This document shows positions 37,757 to 49,128 of a stretch of 64,000 nucleotides of DNA, piece after piece. The notes beneath the pieces are model-generated. The model saw only the letters and a program-made list of their open reading frames with translations. It had not been told where the DNA came from and did not search any database. Position 1 is the first letter of the stretch. Each line of letters starts with the position of its first letter. Made by a program: the position numbers and the translations under genes. Origin of the DNA: Polyangiaceae bacterium (GTDB lineage Bacteria; Myxococcota_A; Polyangia; Polyangiales; Polyangiaceae); contig JANRKO010000023.1 of assembly GCA_033763455.1 (NCBI GenBank), positions 160,001 through 224,000 of the forward strand, read 5' to 3'.

Positions 37757-38449
37757 TTACTGCAACCACAGGTCGCGCGGAGCACTGGGTTCGTGCGCGG
37801 TAGGGGTGGACGGTGCAACTTTCGCTTTGGCGCTGCCGGCAGACGCTGGAGCTCGCTCCGAAGCGGAGCGAGGAAGCGGTGCCAGCCGGGTACTCTCGTG
37901 GATCACCTTCGGCGCCACCGAGTTTGGCCCCATGCCCTGAGGCGAGGCGGCTTTGGCCGATACTGACTCACCCCCGCCAGGCGCAGGCTGCGGAAGCGGC
38001 ACTGGCGGGGCCACCTCAACTTGCCCTTGCCGCGCGCGCGTTGGCGGCGCTGGGGCTTCGGTGGCAAGGACAGCGGCCGTCGAGGTGTTGGCATGCCGAT
38101 ACCAAAGCAAAGCCACGGCCAATGCAAGGGCGGCTACCCCAAACGCGATCGGCCACAACCGAACCCGCGATTCCTCTTCAGGTACCGCCCCCGGCCCGGG
38201 TTTGGCGCCCCTCCGCACTACCAGTTTCTGCGTAGGCGCCCGGCGAGGATCGATCGTGCGAGAGAGCTCAACGGGCTTGATCCGAATCGTCTCATGCTCG
38301 GGCGACGCCGGGGGGACCGCAGGCGGGTGGTACTCTTTGGCGTATTCAGCGCCTTGGTCGAGCTTGTCGCGCCGCGAACTGTACACCGGAGTGTCTTCCT
38401 CAAAGAACCCGCGGATTGTGGGTCTGTCACCGGGTCGCTCTGCGCTCAT
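37757..38449 (-). CDS. Single-TM Pro/Ala-rich hypothetical protein
   Basis: Disordered N-terminus, one TM helix (WPIAFGVAALALAVALLWY), low-complexity tail ending PRDLWLQ. Abuts the next gene. Confidence 0.65.
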   Translation of the reverse strand: MSAERPGDRPTIRGFFEEDTPVYSSRRDKLDQGAEYAKEYHPPAVPPASPEHETIRIKPVELSRTIDPRRAPTQKLVVRRGAKPGPGAVPEEESRVRLWPIAFGVAALALAVALLWYRHANTSTAAVLATEAPAPPTRARQGQVEVAPPVPLPQPAPGGGESVSAKAASPQGMGPNSVAPKVIHESTRLAPLPRSASERAPASAGSAKAKVAPSTPTAHEPSAPRDLWLQ

Positions 38450-38547
38450 GGTCCTAGCAGCGTCCACCCTTAGCGCGGTTTGTGCGGCTGGGAAACCTCG
38501 GTCTTTTGTTGAAAGTTGTCCTATGATTTACACGGAAACTGGAACCG

Positions 38548-40272
38548 CTAGCGAACAGCGTCCGGAACGAGAAGCTGGTGACCCACGCGGAGGGGCTTCT
38601 TGGCCGAAATTCCGTTGGCCTGGCGTAGCGCGGCGACGGACACCCCGTAGCGCTTGGCGATGCCACTCAAGGTTTCTCCCTTTCGAACCACGTGCAGTCT
38701 AGGCGCCGGCAACGTGCTCTTGGGCAGCAGCAGCTTCTGTCCCACCACGATGGGCTTCCCCTTTTGGAGCCCATTTGCCTTCAGCAGAGCCTCAAGAGTC
38801 ACTCTTTCTGAGCGCGCAATTGCACTCAGTGTTTCGCCAGCTTTGACGAAACGATAGCGAGCAAGTGGTGGTCCCGGTTCGTACCACTTAGTCGGATAGA
38901 TCTCGACGAGGGTCTTTTTGGTTGGGGCTAGATACTGAAACGAAAACGCCCGAACTTGATCGGGGGTGACTTCTTCGGCGCGTTTGGCAAGGTCAGAGGG
39001 TGAGGCAAAGGTAGAACGTATTAGGCGTTCAGACAGAAAGCTCGCTCGCTCAAGGTTCCCCCCAAGAGCTGTGGCCAACTTCTGGCGATAAGCTGATTTT
39101 GCAGAGACCAAGTCACTCGTTGTCGGGCCAGTGCTTGCCAAGCGCGAGAGAAAGCTTGCAACCTCTTCGTGAACAAGATCCACTTTAAGGAGGGGCGAGC
39201 CAACGAGCATCAGTTCGAGAGAAGCAACCCCTTTTTCCTCGTGAACTACAGCTTCGCAGCGCTCTACCCCCAAACGTGTTCCGGCACGTTCGCCCCCAAA
39301 GGCTGGCGCGCCCGCCGAACACAGCATATTGGCGATGAACTGAGCGAGGAAGGCGCCATGCGATCTCTCTTTTGTAGTTGGAAACGCCCACCCGTAAAGG
39401 AGTGTGGGGGTCTTGCTCGTGCTATCGATAATGGTTGAGTAGCGTTCGCTCGTCTGGGGGTAACGCTCGCTCCCATCTACGCGGTTGGTCGCGCGCGGAC
39501 TTTTTGCTGGGAAATGCCTCATCACGAGCGCACGCACTTGCTCTTTCGATGCATTGCCCACAACGACAAGCTGCGCAGTGGAGCCAGCATAGTGTTTGGC
39601 AAAAAATGCCTGCACTTCCGCGAATGTAACACTCTTAAGGGCCACGGCGCTTAGCTCCAAGCCCAAACCAAGTGTTGGATCGCCGGCAAACATCAATCTT
39701 CGAAGCCGTGCGCGGCCACGGTTAGCTCCGTTTTCGGCAACCTCAAGCTGCTTCAAGCGACGCGTGCGCGCCGCCTCCACACTCTCCTGGTCGAGGGTAG
39801 CACCGGCAAGCCGGTTTCCCTCCAACCAGATCGCGAAGGACAACTCAGACTTTGGAAGCTCGGTACAGAACTCAGCTCCGACCCCATCTTGCCTAAAAGT
39901 CTCGCGGCCATGTCGGTCGGCGAGGGACTTAGAAGAGAAGCTGCGTTCACTTGTCGCGAGCTGAGAAAGTGCGTCGAACACCAAGGAAGATGCTGCCCGG
40001 TCTTTCTCTGCGCGATATCCGAGACCCGCGCGATACGTCGTACACACGGCAACATCCGCGCTGGACGCGTCCTGCACAACGAACACCGAAAGGCCATTGG
40101 AAACATTGACCTCTACAGGAGCCAGAGATAGCTCAGCCTCCAATTCTACGGGTGTGGCCGCAGCGAGCCCGGGCAAGTTCGCTGTGGCCACCCACATTGC
40201 GCACGAGCAAAGCTTCAGCCAGGCAAAGGAGCGAGTCATCAAGAGCGGGCCTGTTAGCATTGCAGGGCGCAA
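38548..40272 (-). CDS. Degenerate M16 peptidase-like protein with two C-terminal LysM domains
   Basis: SNGLSVFV, AIWLEGNRL, EVQAFFAKHY...LVVVGN M16 pattern with no HxxEH; two V.KGETLS.IA-type LysM repeats. Confidence 0.75.
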   Translation of the reverse strand: MRPAMLTGPLLMTRSFAWLKLCSCAMWVATANLPGLAAATPVELEAELSLAPVEVNVSNGLSVFVVQDASSADVAVCTTYRAGLGYRAEKDRAASSLVFDALSQLATSERSFSSKSLADRHGRETFRQDGVGAEFCTELPKSELSFAIWLEGNRLAGATLDQESVEAARTRRLKQLEVAENGANRGRARLRRLMFAGDPTLGLGLELSAVALKSVTFAEVQAFFAKHYAGSTAQLVVVGNASKEQVRALVMRHFPAKSPRATNRVDGSERYPQTSERYSTIIDSTSKTPTLLYGWAFPTTKERSHGAFLAQFIANMLCSAGAPAFGGERAGTRLGVERCEAVVHEEKGVASLELMLVGSPLLKVDLVHEEVASFLSRLASTGPTTSDLVSAKSAYRQKLATALGGNLERASFLSERLIRSTFASPSDLAKRAEEVTPDQVRAFSFQYLAPTKKTLVEIYPTKWYEPGPPLARYRFVKAGETLSAIARSERVTLEALLKANGLQKGKPIVVGQKLLLPKSTLPAPRLHVVRKGETLSGIAKRYGVSVAALRQANGISAKKPLRVGHQLLVPDAVR

Positions 40273-40418
40273 AACGAGAGCTTTTCTGCCGTAACATCAA
40301 GCATCGTTCCACTGGGGCCTAGCACCCTCGTTCGGCTCGCACCCCAGTCGCGATCATTCCAGCAGAGAAACCGCGTGTAGGCTGGTCATGGGGGCAGCCC
40401 CGGATCTAGAGTTAGGAA

Positions 40419-40898
40419 TTGATGAGCGAGAACGACGCCCTGCTAGCCGTACTCAAGGCGCTCATCGCCGCCGACTACGATGCGATCCTGGCCTACAGAG
40501 CCGCCGTGGATCGCCTCTCAAACGATGGCGCACGCTCGACACTCCAGAGCTTCCAGGAGGATCACGAACGACACGTCGAACAGCTCAGCGCCTTCATGGC
40601 CGCCCTTGGCGTGGAGCCTCCGCAGCGCGGGGACCTTATGGGGCTCGTTGCAAAGGGACGAGTAATGGTAGGGAATGTCGTGGGCGATCAGGGCATCCTA
40701 GCAGCCATGCGCTCCAACGAAGACGACTCCAATTTGGCCTACGAACGAGCACTCACTGTGGTGGGTTTGCCGGAGCACATCCGCAGGGTTCTTGAGGCCA
40801 ATCTTGCCGACGAACGACGGCACCGCGGCTGGATCGACGACCGCGTGCGAGCGCATCGACCGAGCACTATGCCTCCACCCGCATTCGGATCTGCCTAA
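40419..40898 (+). CDS. Ferritin-like (DUF2383-type) four-helix protein
   Basis: DYDAILAY, DHERHV, NEDDSNLAYE and DERRH carboxylate/His pattern. Confidence 0.8.
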   Translation: MMSENDALLAVLKALIAADYDAILAYRAAVDRLSNDGARSTLQSFQEDHERHVEQLSAFMAALGVEPPQRGDLMGLVAKGRVMVGNVVGDQGILAAMRSNEDDSNLAYERALTVVGLPEHIRRVLEANLADERRHRGWIDDRVRAHRPSTMPPPAFGSA

Positions 40899-40942
40899 GT
40901 GCAAGAGCCAAGAGTCCCGCCTCATTAAGCCCCCGAAACGGC

Positions 40943-41494
40943 ATGTCGAGACCGAATGAAAAAGTGCCCCGTCGCTCAGCCCCCCTACTCTGGGTTTCGC
41001 TGTGCTTGTTCGGAGCGCAAGGCGTCGCTTGCCACCGCGACTCATGGCAAGAGTTTCGCTCTAAGGACGGGGACTTCAAGGTTTTGCTGCCAGGGCCGTC
41101 AACAACCGAGAACCTAACGTCGTCGAGCCCGCAGGGCACCTTAATCGTCCACCTAGTTACCGTCCAAACCGCGTCCGAAACCTACACTGTCGCCTACAAC
41201 GACTACCCGAAGTCGGTCGTTGAACACTCCACCTCGGATGCGATCTTGGATCTGGCGGTCGAAGGTGCACTCGGCGAATCCGGCCGCCTGGTGAGCTCCT
41301 CACCGATTTCTCTGAATAAGCGTTCAGGGCGCAGCGTGGAGGCCGCTCTGCCGGAAGGAATTCGCTACAGAGCTAATTTCGTGCTGGATGCGGGCCGGTT
41401 GTATCAGGTTTCAGTACTTGAGTCGCCGGGCAGTAAGCACGACGAAGACGTCGAGAAGTTCCTCGGCTCCTTCCAGATCGGCCTAGATAAGTGA
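40943..41494 (+). CDS. Hypothetical lipoprotein
   Basis: Lipobox-like GVAC; WQEF.S.DG.F.VLLPG ... RLYQV ... FLGSFQI. Confidence 0.7.
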   Translation: MSRPNEKVPRRSAPLLWVSLCLFGAQGVACHRDSWQEFRSKDGDFKVLLPGPSTTENLTSSSPQGTLIVHLVTVQTASETYTVAYNDYPKSVVEHSTSDAILDLAVEGALGESGRLVSSSPISLNKRSGRSVEAALPEGIRYRANFVLDAGRLYQVSVLESPGSKHDEDVEKFLGSFQIGLDK

Positions 41495-41572
41495 ACTAGA
41501 TCGCGGCGGGTCTAAGCATTCTCGTTTCCCTGACGTTCTGTCGTGTTGAAGCGAATTGTATCTTGAGGAACG

Positions 41573-42928
41573 ATGGCCCCGCAGTCTGCAGAATCCCGCG
41601 CTCAGGGTGAGCAAGAGCTCCCCTCCCACCTGCTAAAGGGTGCGTGGCGAATCGTCGAGCCTGTAGGGTACGGCGAGCTCGGTGAGGTATTCGCCGTGGA
41701 GGAGTCGGGGCCAAAGAAGCGGGCCGTCATCAAGCTCTTCTTCTCCCGCTATCTACCAGAGGCCTGGAAGAACTTCGAGCATGTGGCGCGCGCAGCCGGT
41801 GAGCTTCCCTCCGGGCTTTTTGTTCGTTCATTTCAATTTGGGTTTGAGCCTTCGGTTCAGCGCCGCTACGCGCTCTCGGAACGTGTAACGCAACCATCTT
41901 TGATGGATCTCCTTCAGACTCAGGGGAGGTTGGACACAAAGATTGTATCTGACCTCCTGTTGCGTCTGGCGTCTGGCCTCGAAATGGCTCACGCCTCCGG
42001 GCTGGTTCACCGCAACCTAAAACCTACGAACGTCTTTTTCGACCCCAACACTCGGATCGCAAAGGTAAGTGACTTTGGGACCGCAGCATTGCAATGCTCC
42101 ACGCCCGTTTACGCGGGTTGGGCAATGTCCCCTGGTTGGGCAACGCCCGAAGGCATCGATCCAAAGCAGGCCTCCGCCCCAAGCATGGACGTGTATGCCC
42201 TCGGGCTCCTCGCTTTTTACGCCCTCACGGGGCAATCTCCGTATATTAACTACAACTTACGTTCTTCAGATCGCAGAGCTCTCGCTGAAGAACTCAAGCG
42301 TCCGCTCCGCTCACTGGATACGCGAGCGCGCGAATGTGGCTGCAAATTTCCTCCCGAGCTCACTGCATGGCTAACCAAGTCTCTCGCGCTCCGCCCGGAA
42401 GACCGCTACGAAAGTGTCCTCGACCAAGCTCAAGCTTTCCAGGGGCTAGTGTCTACGGTGTTAAGAGTCTCCATGCCACCGTCGATTATCCCTCCGAGAG
42501 TTTTTGACGTTACAGATCGAGCGGTAGCGCTCGTAAGCGCACAACCCCTGGCACTCATGCCGTCGTTCCCGCCCCCTAGGCAAGAGCTCGCACCCGAACC
42601 ATTGCAACAAGAGAGCCCCAAGCCAAAGCCTCCAACGCCAGCGTCAAAAAGCTCCTCAGAAAACACTCAGGTGAACGGCAACGCTCAGTCACCGCAAGGC
42701 GTTGGGATACGCGGCCCTGGCCTCGCAACGATCCCACCTCATGCGCCTCGCGCCACGCCTGAGCTCGATAAGGCCATCGCAGAAGTTGACGATGAAGTAC
42801 CCGTTGCTTCCAGTGTGACATCGCACATGGGGGGGCCCTGGAAAACTCGGCTCATCGCCCTCGTCGGTGCTCTTATCCTCATGGCCCTCGGCGCCATCCT
42901 CTTTCTTACCTGGCGCGGGCCGGCATAG
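41573..42928 (+). CDS. Ser/Thr kinase-like protein, probable pseudokinase, with a C-terminal TM anchor
   Basis: GYGELG, VIK, HRNLKPTN (catalytic Asp replaced by Asn), DFG, TPE. Confidence 0.85.
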   Translation: MAPQSAESRAQGEQELPSHLLKGAWRIVEPVGYGELGEVFAVEESGPKKRAVIKLFFSRYLPEAWKNFEHVARAAGELPSGLFVRSFQFGFEPSVQRRYALSERVTQPSLMDLLQTQGRLDTKIVSDLLLRLASGLEMAHASGLVHRNLKPTNVFFDPNTRIAKVSDFGTAALQCSTPVYAGWAMSPGWATPEGIDPKQASAPSMDVYALGLLAFYALTGQSPYINYNLRSSDRRALAEELKRPLRSLDTRARECGCKFPPELTAWLTKSLALRPEDRYESVLDQAQAFQGLVSTVLRVSMPPSIIPPRVFDVTDRAVALVSAQPLALMPSFPPPRQELAPEPLQQESPKPKPPTPASKSSSENTQVNGNAQSPQGVGIRGPGLATIPPHAPRATPELDKAIAEVDDEVPVASSVTSHMGGPWKTRLIALVGALILMALGAILFLTWRGPA

Positions 42929-42947
42929 GCCACACCCAAGGCCATGG

Positions 42948-43927
42948 CTACTTTTGCCAACGCTCACGCAAGTAGGGCAATAAGGTATCGCCGAGAGCAT
43001 GCAGTTGATCCGCGTGGGCCTTCTTGTCGTTGCCTGAAAAGCCCAGCACGTGAAATGCTCCGGAATCTGCTTGAGAAGTGAGGCGCATCTCCGGACGCGG
43101 CCCGGGAATATCCTCTGCCATGGCCTCCATTCCGGCCCTCTCCAGCAAATATCGGGAGGTTTCCGTCGTGCTGCCGTAGTCGATCGTAGCGATGGAGGTG
43201 TGTGTCATCGCGAACAGCTTCTGCCCCTGCCTCGCGAGCTCCGCGAAGGTCGAAAATGGCTCAAGCTTCATCGGATCGAGGTTCCGCTCGCGTTTTGGGC
43301 CCACGAAGCCGGCATGTAGGCCATCAGCCAACAACACGGCATCAATGAGAGTGTCGTACCCGCTTCGTTCGATGATGCGCCAAACAGCACCATAGCCCGC
43401 GCTCCACGCACTCAAGGCGACACGCTTTGGTTCACGCGCTTGGGGACACAATTTCGTAACCGTGTGGCTAACCTCTGACACAAACGCGCCAAAGGAGCCG
43501 GGCGCAGCAAAAGCCTGCTCATAAACGCCAGAACCAATACCCAAGTTAACTATTGCTAGCGCTGAATCTAAACCGGAGTGCTCTAGCGCAGATTCCAAGG
43601 CTACTGGGGCGCCATGAAAGTGAATGACCAGATCGTAGGAACCGGCTACGGCGACACACCCCGTCGGCAGGCTCACGACGCGCCCATGCTGAACTATACG
43701 ACGTGGCTCGGCTTCGCCCGGCAAAATCTCGCGGGCGGGGAGAAGCCGAGGGGGCACCACCACGCGGGCAGCTGCGTGCACCAAAGCACTTGCGCGCCGA
43801 ACCGTGACCACATCATCGCGGCCCGCCAAGAGCATAAGCGCGGCCACAAGGCCGGAAGCAACTACGGCAAATGCCCACTTCATTCGCCCGGCAGCCTGCC
43901 ACGCTCTGGCCTGGGTGCCTATCCCCA

Positions 43928-43928
<1 letters not shown>
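42948..43928 (-). CDS. Exported alpha/beta-hydrolase-like protein
   Basis: LVIHFHG, AWSAG nucleophile elbow, LADGLH, a late His. Its ATG overlaps the kinase TGA. Confidence 0.65.
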
Positions 43929-45244
<1,316 letters not shown>

Positions 45245-45395
45245 TGGTCAGAACGGCGTTGTTCGCCAACACCGTAGCCCAGAAGCATAGCCCGCCCTTG
45301 AGGGTGCACGCAGCTGCGAAGGGCCGTGTGGCCCCCTAAGTGGCTCGCCCCTAGCCAAATAGGTGAGATACCCAACGACTGAGTGTTAGGTGGTA

Positions 45396-46139
45396 TTACT
45401 TGGGAGTCGCTAAAGCACGGAGGCGTTCGTCGCGCTCTAAGTACTGCTTGGAGAAGACTATCAGCGGAGCGTTCTTGGCGGCGCTCACGATAGCCTCAAA
45501 TCCTGCCAACTCCCCCGCAGTAATAGCACAGTGGCTCCGAGGCACGCTTCGACCGTCGACGGCAGGAACCTGCCACGAGGCAACGACCGTGTGGGCGCCC
45601 AGGTCCGCGCAGGAAATGGGATTGGGCGGAGTTATCGTGTACTCCTGCGCCTCTCGCACTTGATCCCAATAACGTAGCTGAAGCGTGTACTTGCCGCTGA
45701 CAGCTCGGCTTGCCGAACACCAGCGCTCATCTGATTTCGCCGGAGGGACGGGCTCTTCACAGAGAATGCCCGAAGAAGCAGCTGCAATGTTGGCCTTGTG
45801 GGCCTGCACGAATTGCTTGAGCACCGTGACGAGCTGTTGAGTCTCTGTTTTGGCTTGCTGCACCTCGTTGGCTCGCGCTTTACTCGCCGCCTCGCCACCC
45901 ACAATATCTCTATCGAGTGCGCCGAGCTCTGCTCCATCTTGGCACTGAGAATAGGCGTACGTGCGCCACTTTCGAGCTAGTTCAAAATCCTGCGCCGCAA
46001 GGGCCTGACGAGCCACCTTGAGGCTTTCTTGGCACTTCTCTGCGTTCTTGGGGTTGCACGCAGCCGGGGCCAACGAGAGTGGCGCAGCGCATGCTAAGAT
46101 GGAAACCCGACGGCTCAAGCGTATCGCACCCTTCATCAC
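45396..46139 (-). CDS. Hypothetical Cys-containing lipoprotein
   Basis: Signal region ending AAC, several paired Cys; no known motif. Confidence 0.65.
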   Translation of the reverse strand: MMKGAIRLSRRVSILACAAPLSLAPAACNPKNAEKCQESLKVARQALAAQDFELARKWRTYAYSQCQDGAELGALDRDIVGGEAASKARANEVQQAKTETQQLVTVLKQFVQAHKANIAAASSGILCEEPVPPAKSDERWCSASRAVSGKYTLQLRYWDQVREAQEYTITPPNPISCADLGAHTVVASWQVPAVDGRSVPRSHCAITAGELAGFEAIVSAAKNAPLIVFSKQYLERDERLRALATPK

Positions 46140-46270
46140 TCTGTCGGTCTAACGAAACCCTGCCCGAGTAGCAAGGTGGTCAAGCAAAACGAACGACTTC
46201 TGGCCGGCCTCGACACTTAAAACTTTTGGGAGCCGGGCGTTTTGGTTGTTGGCTAAACTGAAAGGCTGCT

Positions 46271-46615
46271 GTGGAACGTCGCAACGCAACTCGCCATGAT
46301 CTTTGGATTCCCGTAACGGTAGATGGGCTGCGCGAAGGCATCGCCGTGACGCACAACGCGAGCGAAAATGGTTTGCTTATCGTTGCTGCGAGCCAGGCTA
46401 AGATCGGCGAACGCATGACCATCACCTTGCGCAACGTGCCGGGCCTGAAGCCGAACCCACTTACGATAAGCGGGCGGGTGGTTCGAAGCGGGCCGAACTC
46501 GGATGATCCCGAAGGGATGTGGCCGTTTGCGATGGCAGTGGAACTTGACACCAATTTGCCGGATTTGCTCACTCTAGTCCAATCGGTGACGGCCGCGAGC
46601 GGCGAGTCCACCTAG
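46271..46615 (+). CDS. Stand-alone PilZ domain protein
   Basis: RNATR (RxxxR) and NASENG (D/NxSxxG), GRVVR. Confidence 0.8.
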   Translation: MERRNATRHDLWIPVTVDGLREGIAVTHNASENGLLIVAASQAKIGERMTITLRNVPGLKPNPLTISGRVVRSGPNSDDPEGMWPFAMAVELDTNLPDLLTLVQSVTAASGEST

Positions 46616-46730
46616 GTTAAGTTCGCGAACTTCTCGCCTAGTCCGGTCCGGGGTGAACAGAAAGCCTTGTATCGGCGTCGGGTGCGAAGATAGCCTGGCG
46701 ACCCAATTTGGGACCGCGAAGGGCTACGTT

Positions 46731-47090
46731 ATGACCAATCACAGGCTACTCCTTGGCGTCGGATTCGGCGTCCTCTTTCTGGCTTCCGCTTGCGCCTCTT
46801 TGCCACCACCTCAGGCCCAGCTCACTCAGTCCAAGAGTGCGTTGAGCGCTGCAGAAGCCGTAGGTGCTAGTAGCGTTCCACGCGCCGCCCTGCACCTTAA
46901 GATGTCCAAAGATCAGATCCAAACAGCCGAAGCGCTGATCGCAGACGGAGAGATGAACCAAGCTGAGTTAGTCCTGCGAAGGGCCGAAGCTGACGCAGAG
47001 CTTGCACTCTTTTTAGCTCGAGACGCGAGCACCCAAGCCCAGGCCATTGAGGCCAAAAAGAAGCTCGAAAAGCTCAAGAGCGAGCAATGA
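46731..47090 (+). CDS. DUF4398-type lipoprotein
   Basis: Lipobox ASAC; AEAVGA, RAEADAELA. Overlaps the OmpA-family gene. Confidence 0.8.
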   Translation: MTNHRLLLGVGFGVLFLASACASLPPPQAQLTQSKSALSAAEAVGASSVPRAALHLKMSKDQIQTAEALIADGEMNQAELVLRRAEADAELALFLARDASTQAQAIEAKKKLEKLKSEQ

Positions 47091-48124
47091 ACCTAAGGCG
47101 TATCTCTATGAAATCAGCTCAAAGTTCCAATCTTAAGGCTTCCTTCCTCGTCGCCTCGCTCGCGGCGCTTCTACCCGCCTGTGGAGCTGCGGCTCCGAGC
47201 CAGGAACTCATGGACGCACGTCGTGCTTACGATGAGGCTCGACAGAGCACAGCGGCCACGCTCGTCCCCGATCAACTGCTCAATGCGCGCCAGGCGCTGG
47301 AGCAGGCAGAACGGGCGCACGACGATGATCCACAATCTTTCAACGAAAAGAGCCTCGCCTATATCGCCAACAGAAAAGCTGCCCTTTCGATGGCGAAAGC
47401 CAGCATGGTGGCGGCCCAACGGGAGGCCCAAGAGCTCGATGAAGCGTACAAGGAACTACAAGATAAGCTGCGCGCGTCCGCCCAGAAACACGCCGCCGAC
47501 ACTGAACTCACCCTGAGGGAGAAGCAGGAAGCTTTGAAGCGCGCGAACGAAGAGCTGGCCGACAAAGGTAGCAAGCTCTCCGATGCTGCGAAGGCGCTAG
47601 CCGCGCAGGAGGCGGAACTCAAGAAACGCCAGGCCGAGCTTGAGGCTAAGAGCACTCAACTGGCCACCACCGCATCCGAGTTGGAGCGCGAAAAAGCTGC
47701 TCGGCTCGAAGCTGAAAAGCGCGCTGCTGAAGCGCTGGCGAGCCTTAAGGAAATTGCCAAGATCAAAGAAGAAAAGCGCGGCATGGTGATAACGCTAGAA
47801 GGCGCTGTTCTATTCACCACCGGCAAAGCCACGCTGATCCCGATTGCACGCACCAAATTGGGGCAGGTGGCAGCCGTGCTCAAGCAACAGGAAGACAAGA
47901 AGCGCATCACCGTAGAGGGGCATACCGATTCGGTCGGCTCAGACCAAAACAACCAGCGCCTTTCCCAAGAGCGGGCGGATAGTGTCCGAGAGTTCCTTGT
48001 TTCTCAGGGCATCGATCCACAGAAGATCACCGCTATCGGCAAAGGGGAGGCCGAGCCCGTTGCCGAGAATACTACGCCCGAAGGGCGCGCTAACAATCGA
48101 CGCGTTGAGATCATTATCAACTGA
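47087..48124 (+). CDS. OmpA-family peptidoglycan-binding lipoprotein with a coiled coil
   Basis: LPAC lipobox, long coiled coil, VLFTTGK, VEGHTDS, LSQERA, NRRVEI. Confidence 0.92.
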   Translation: MNLRRISMKSAQSSNLKASFLVASLAALLPACGAAAPSQELMDARRAYDEARQSTAATLVPDQLLNARQALEQAERAHDDDPQSFNEKSLAYIANRKAALSMAKASMVAAQREAQELDEAYKELQDKLRASAQKHAADTELTLREKQEALKRANEELADKGSKLSDAAKALAAQEAELKKRQAELEAKSTQLATTASELEREKAARLEAEKRAAEALASLKEIAKIKEEKRGMVITLEGAVLFTTGKATLIPIARTKLGQVAAVLKQQEDKKRITVEGHTDSVGSDQNNQRLSQERADSVREFLVSQGIDPQKITAIGKGEAEPVAENTTPEGRANNRRVEIIIN

Positions 48125-48154
48125 GCCTTGGCTTGCACATAGAAGCGAATTTCC

Positions 48155-48979
48155 ATGCAGGCACAACCCGTAGCTACTGAGCAAGAGCCAGCTGTGAGCA
48201 ACATTCTCCCCGAAGAGGGCAGCGGCGGCATTTCCGAAATCCTCCGCACTCCGCTCAGCATCTGGCTTTGGTTAGAGATCGCGGTGGTCTCAATCTTGGC
48301 GTTCCTGTTTTCGTCGCTGGCGCTTGTCTTGTTCTATCCCTTCGACCGTCGTCGGATCATCGCTGGACACATTGTGCGCTTGGGTTCAGTTTCTGCCGTT
48401 AAGCTGAACCCCATGTGGAAATTCGATGTGCGAGGCCAGCTGCCACGCCCATTGCCAAAAAAGACAGTGTTTGTTAGCAATCATTGTTCCCATACCGATC
48501 CGTTTCTCATTGCCCACTTGCCCGTGGCTATGCGTTGGCTCGCGAAAGCCAGCTTGTTCAAGATCCCATTTCTCGGCTGGGCGATGCGAATAGCGGGCGA
48601 CATTGCCGTGAAACGGGGGGATGCGAACAGCGCTCGGGAAGCGATGAAAAAATGCGCCGATTGGCTGGATCAGGGCGTGTCGGTGGTGATTTTTCCGGAA
48701 GGCACCCGTTCCAAGACGGCAGAGCTGCTTCCGTTCAAAAATGGCGCCTTCCGGCTGGCCATCGAAACTGGCGCCGACATTCTGCCACTCGCGGTTGCAG
48801 GCACCCACACGGCGCTCCGCAAACATGACTGGAAGGCCGGGTATTCGCACGGACACCTGAACATCGGACAGCCCATTTCGACCCAAGGCATGACGCTTGA
48901 GGATGTGCCGGTCCTTCGCGAACGGGTGCGGGCCGAGATAGTCAGGCTACGGGCCGAACTCGGCGCCTTGTCATCCTGA
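48155..48979 (+). CDS. plsC: 1-acyl-sn-glycerol-3-phosphate (lysophospholipid) acyltransferase
   Basis: NHCSHTD (HX4D), FPEGTRS, PFKNGAF. Confidence 0.85.
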   Translation: MQAQPVATEQEPAVSNILPEEGSGGISEILRTPLSIWLWLEIAVVSILAFLFSSLALVLFYPFDRRRIIAGHIVRLGSVSAVKLNPMWKFDVRGQLPRPLPKKTVFVSNHCSHTDPFLIAHLPVAMRWLAKASLFKIPFLGWAMRIAGDIAVKRGDANSAREAMKKCADWLDQGVSVVIFPEGTRSKTAELLPFKNGAFRLAIETGADILPLAVAGTHTALRKHDWKAGYSHGHLNIGQPISTQGMTLEDVPVLRERVRAEIVRLRAELGALSS

Positions 48980-49128
48980 CGGTCCCTTCACCTCGGCTTT
49001 TTTGGCTTTTCCTGGAAGGTCCTTAGGGGCAGCAGGGGCTAAGTAAGTACTGCCCGGCCCTTTACCGGGCCTTGTGCTGTGTCGCTGGTATCAGAGAAGG
49101 CTCGGTTCAGCCTTTTCCACTGGCGCTC

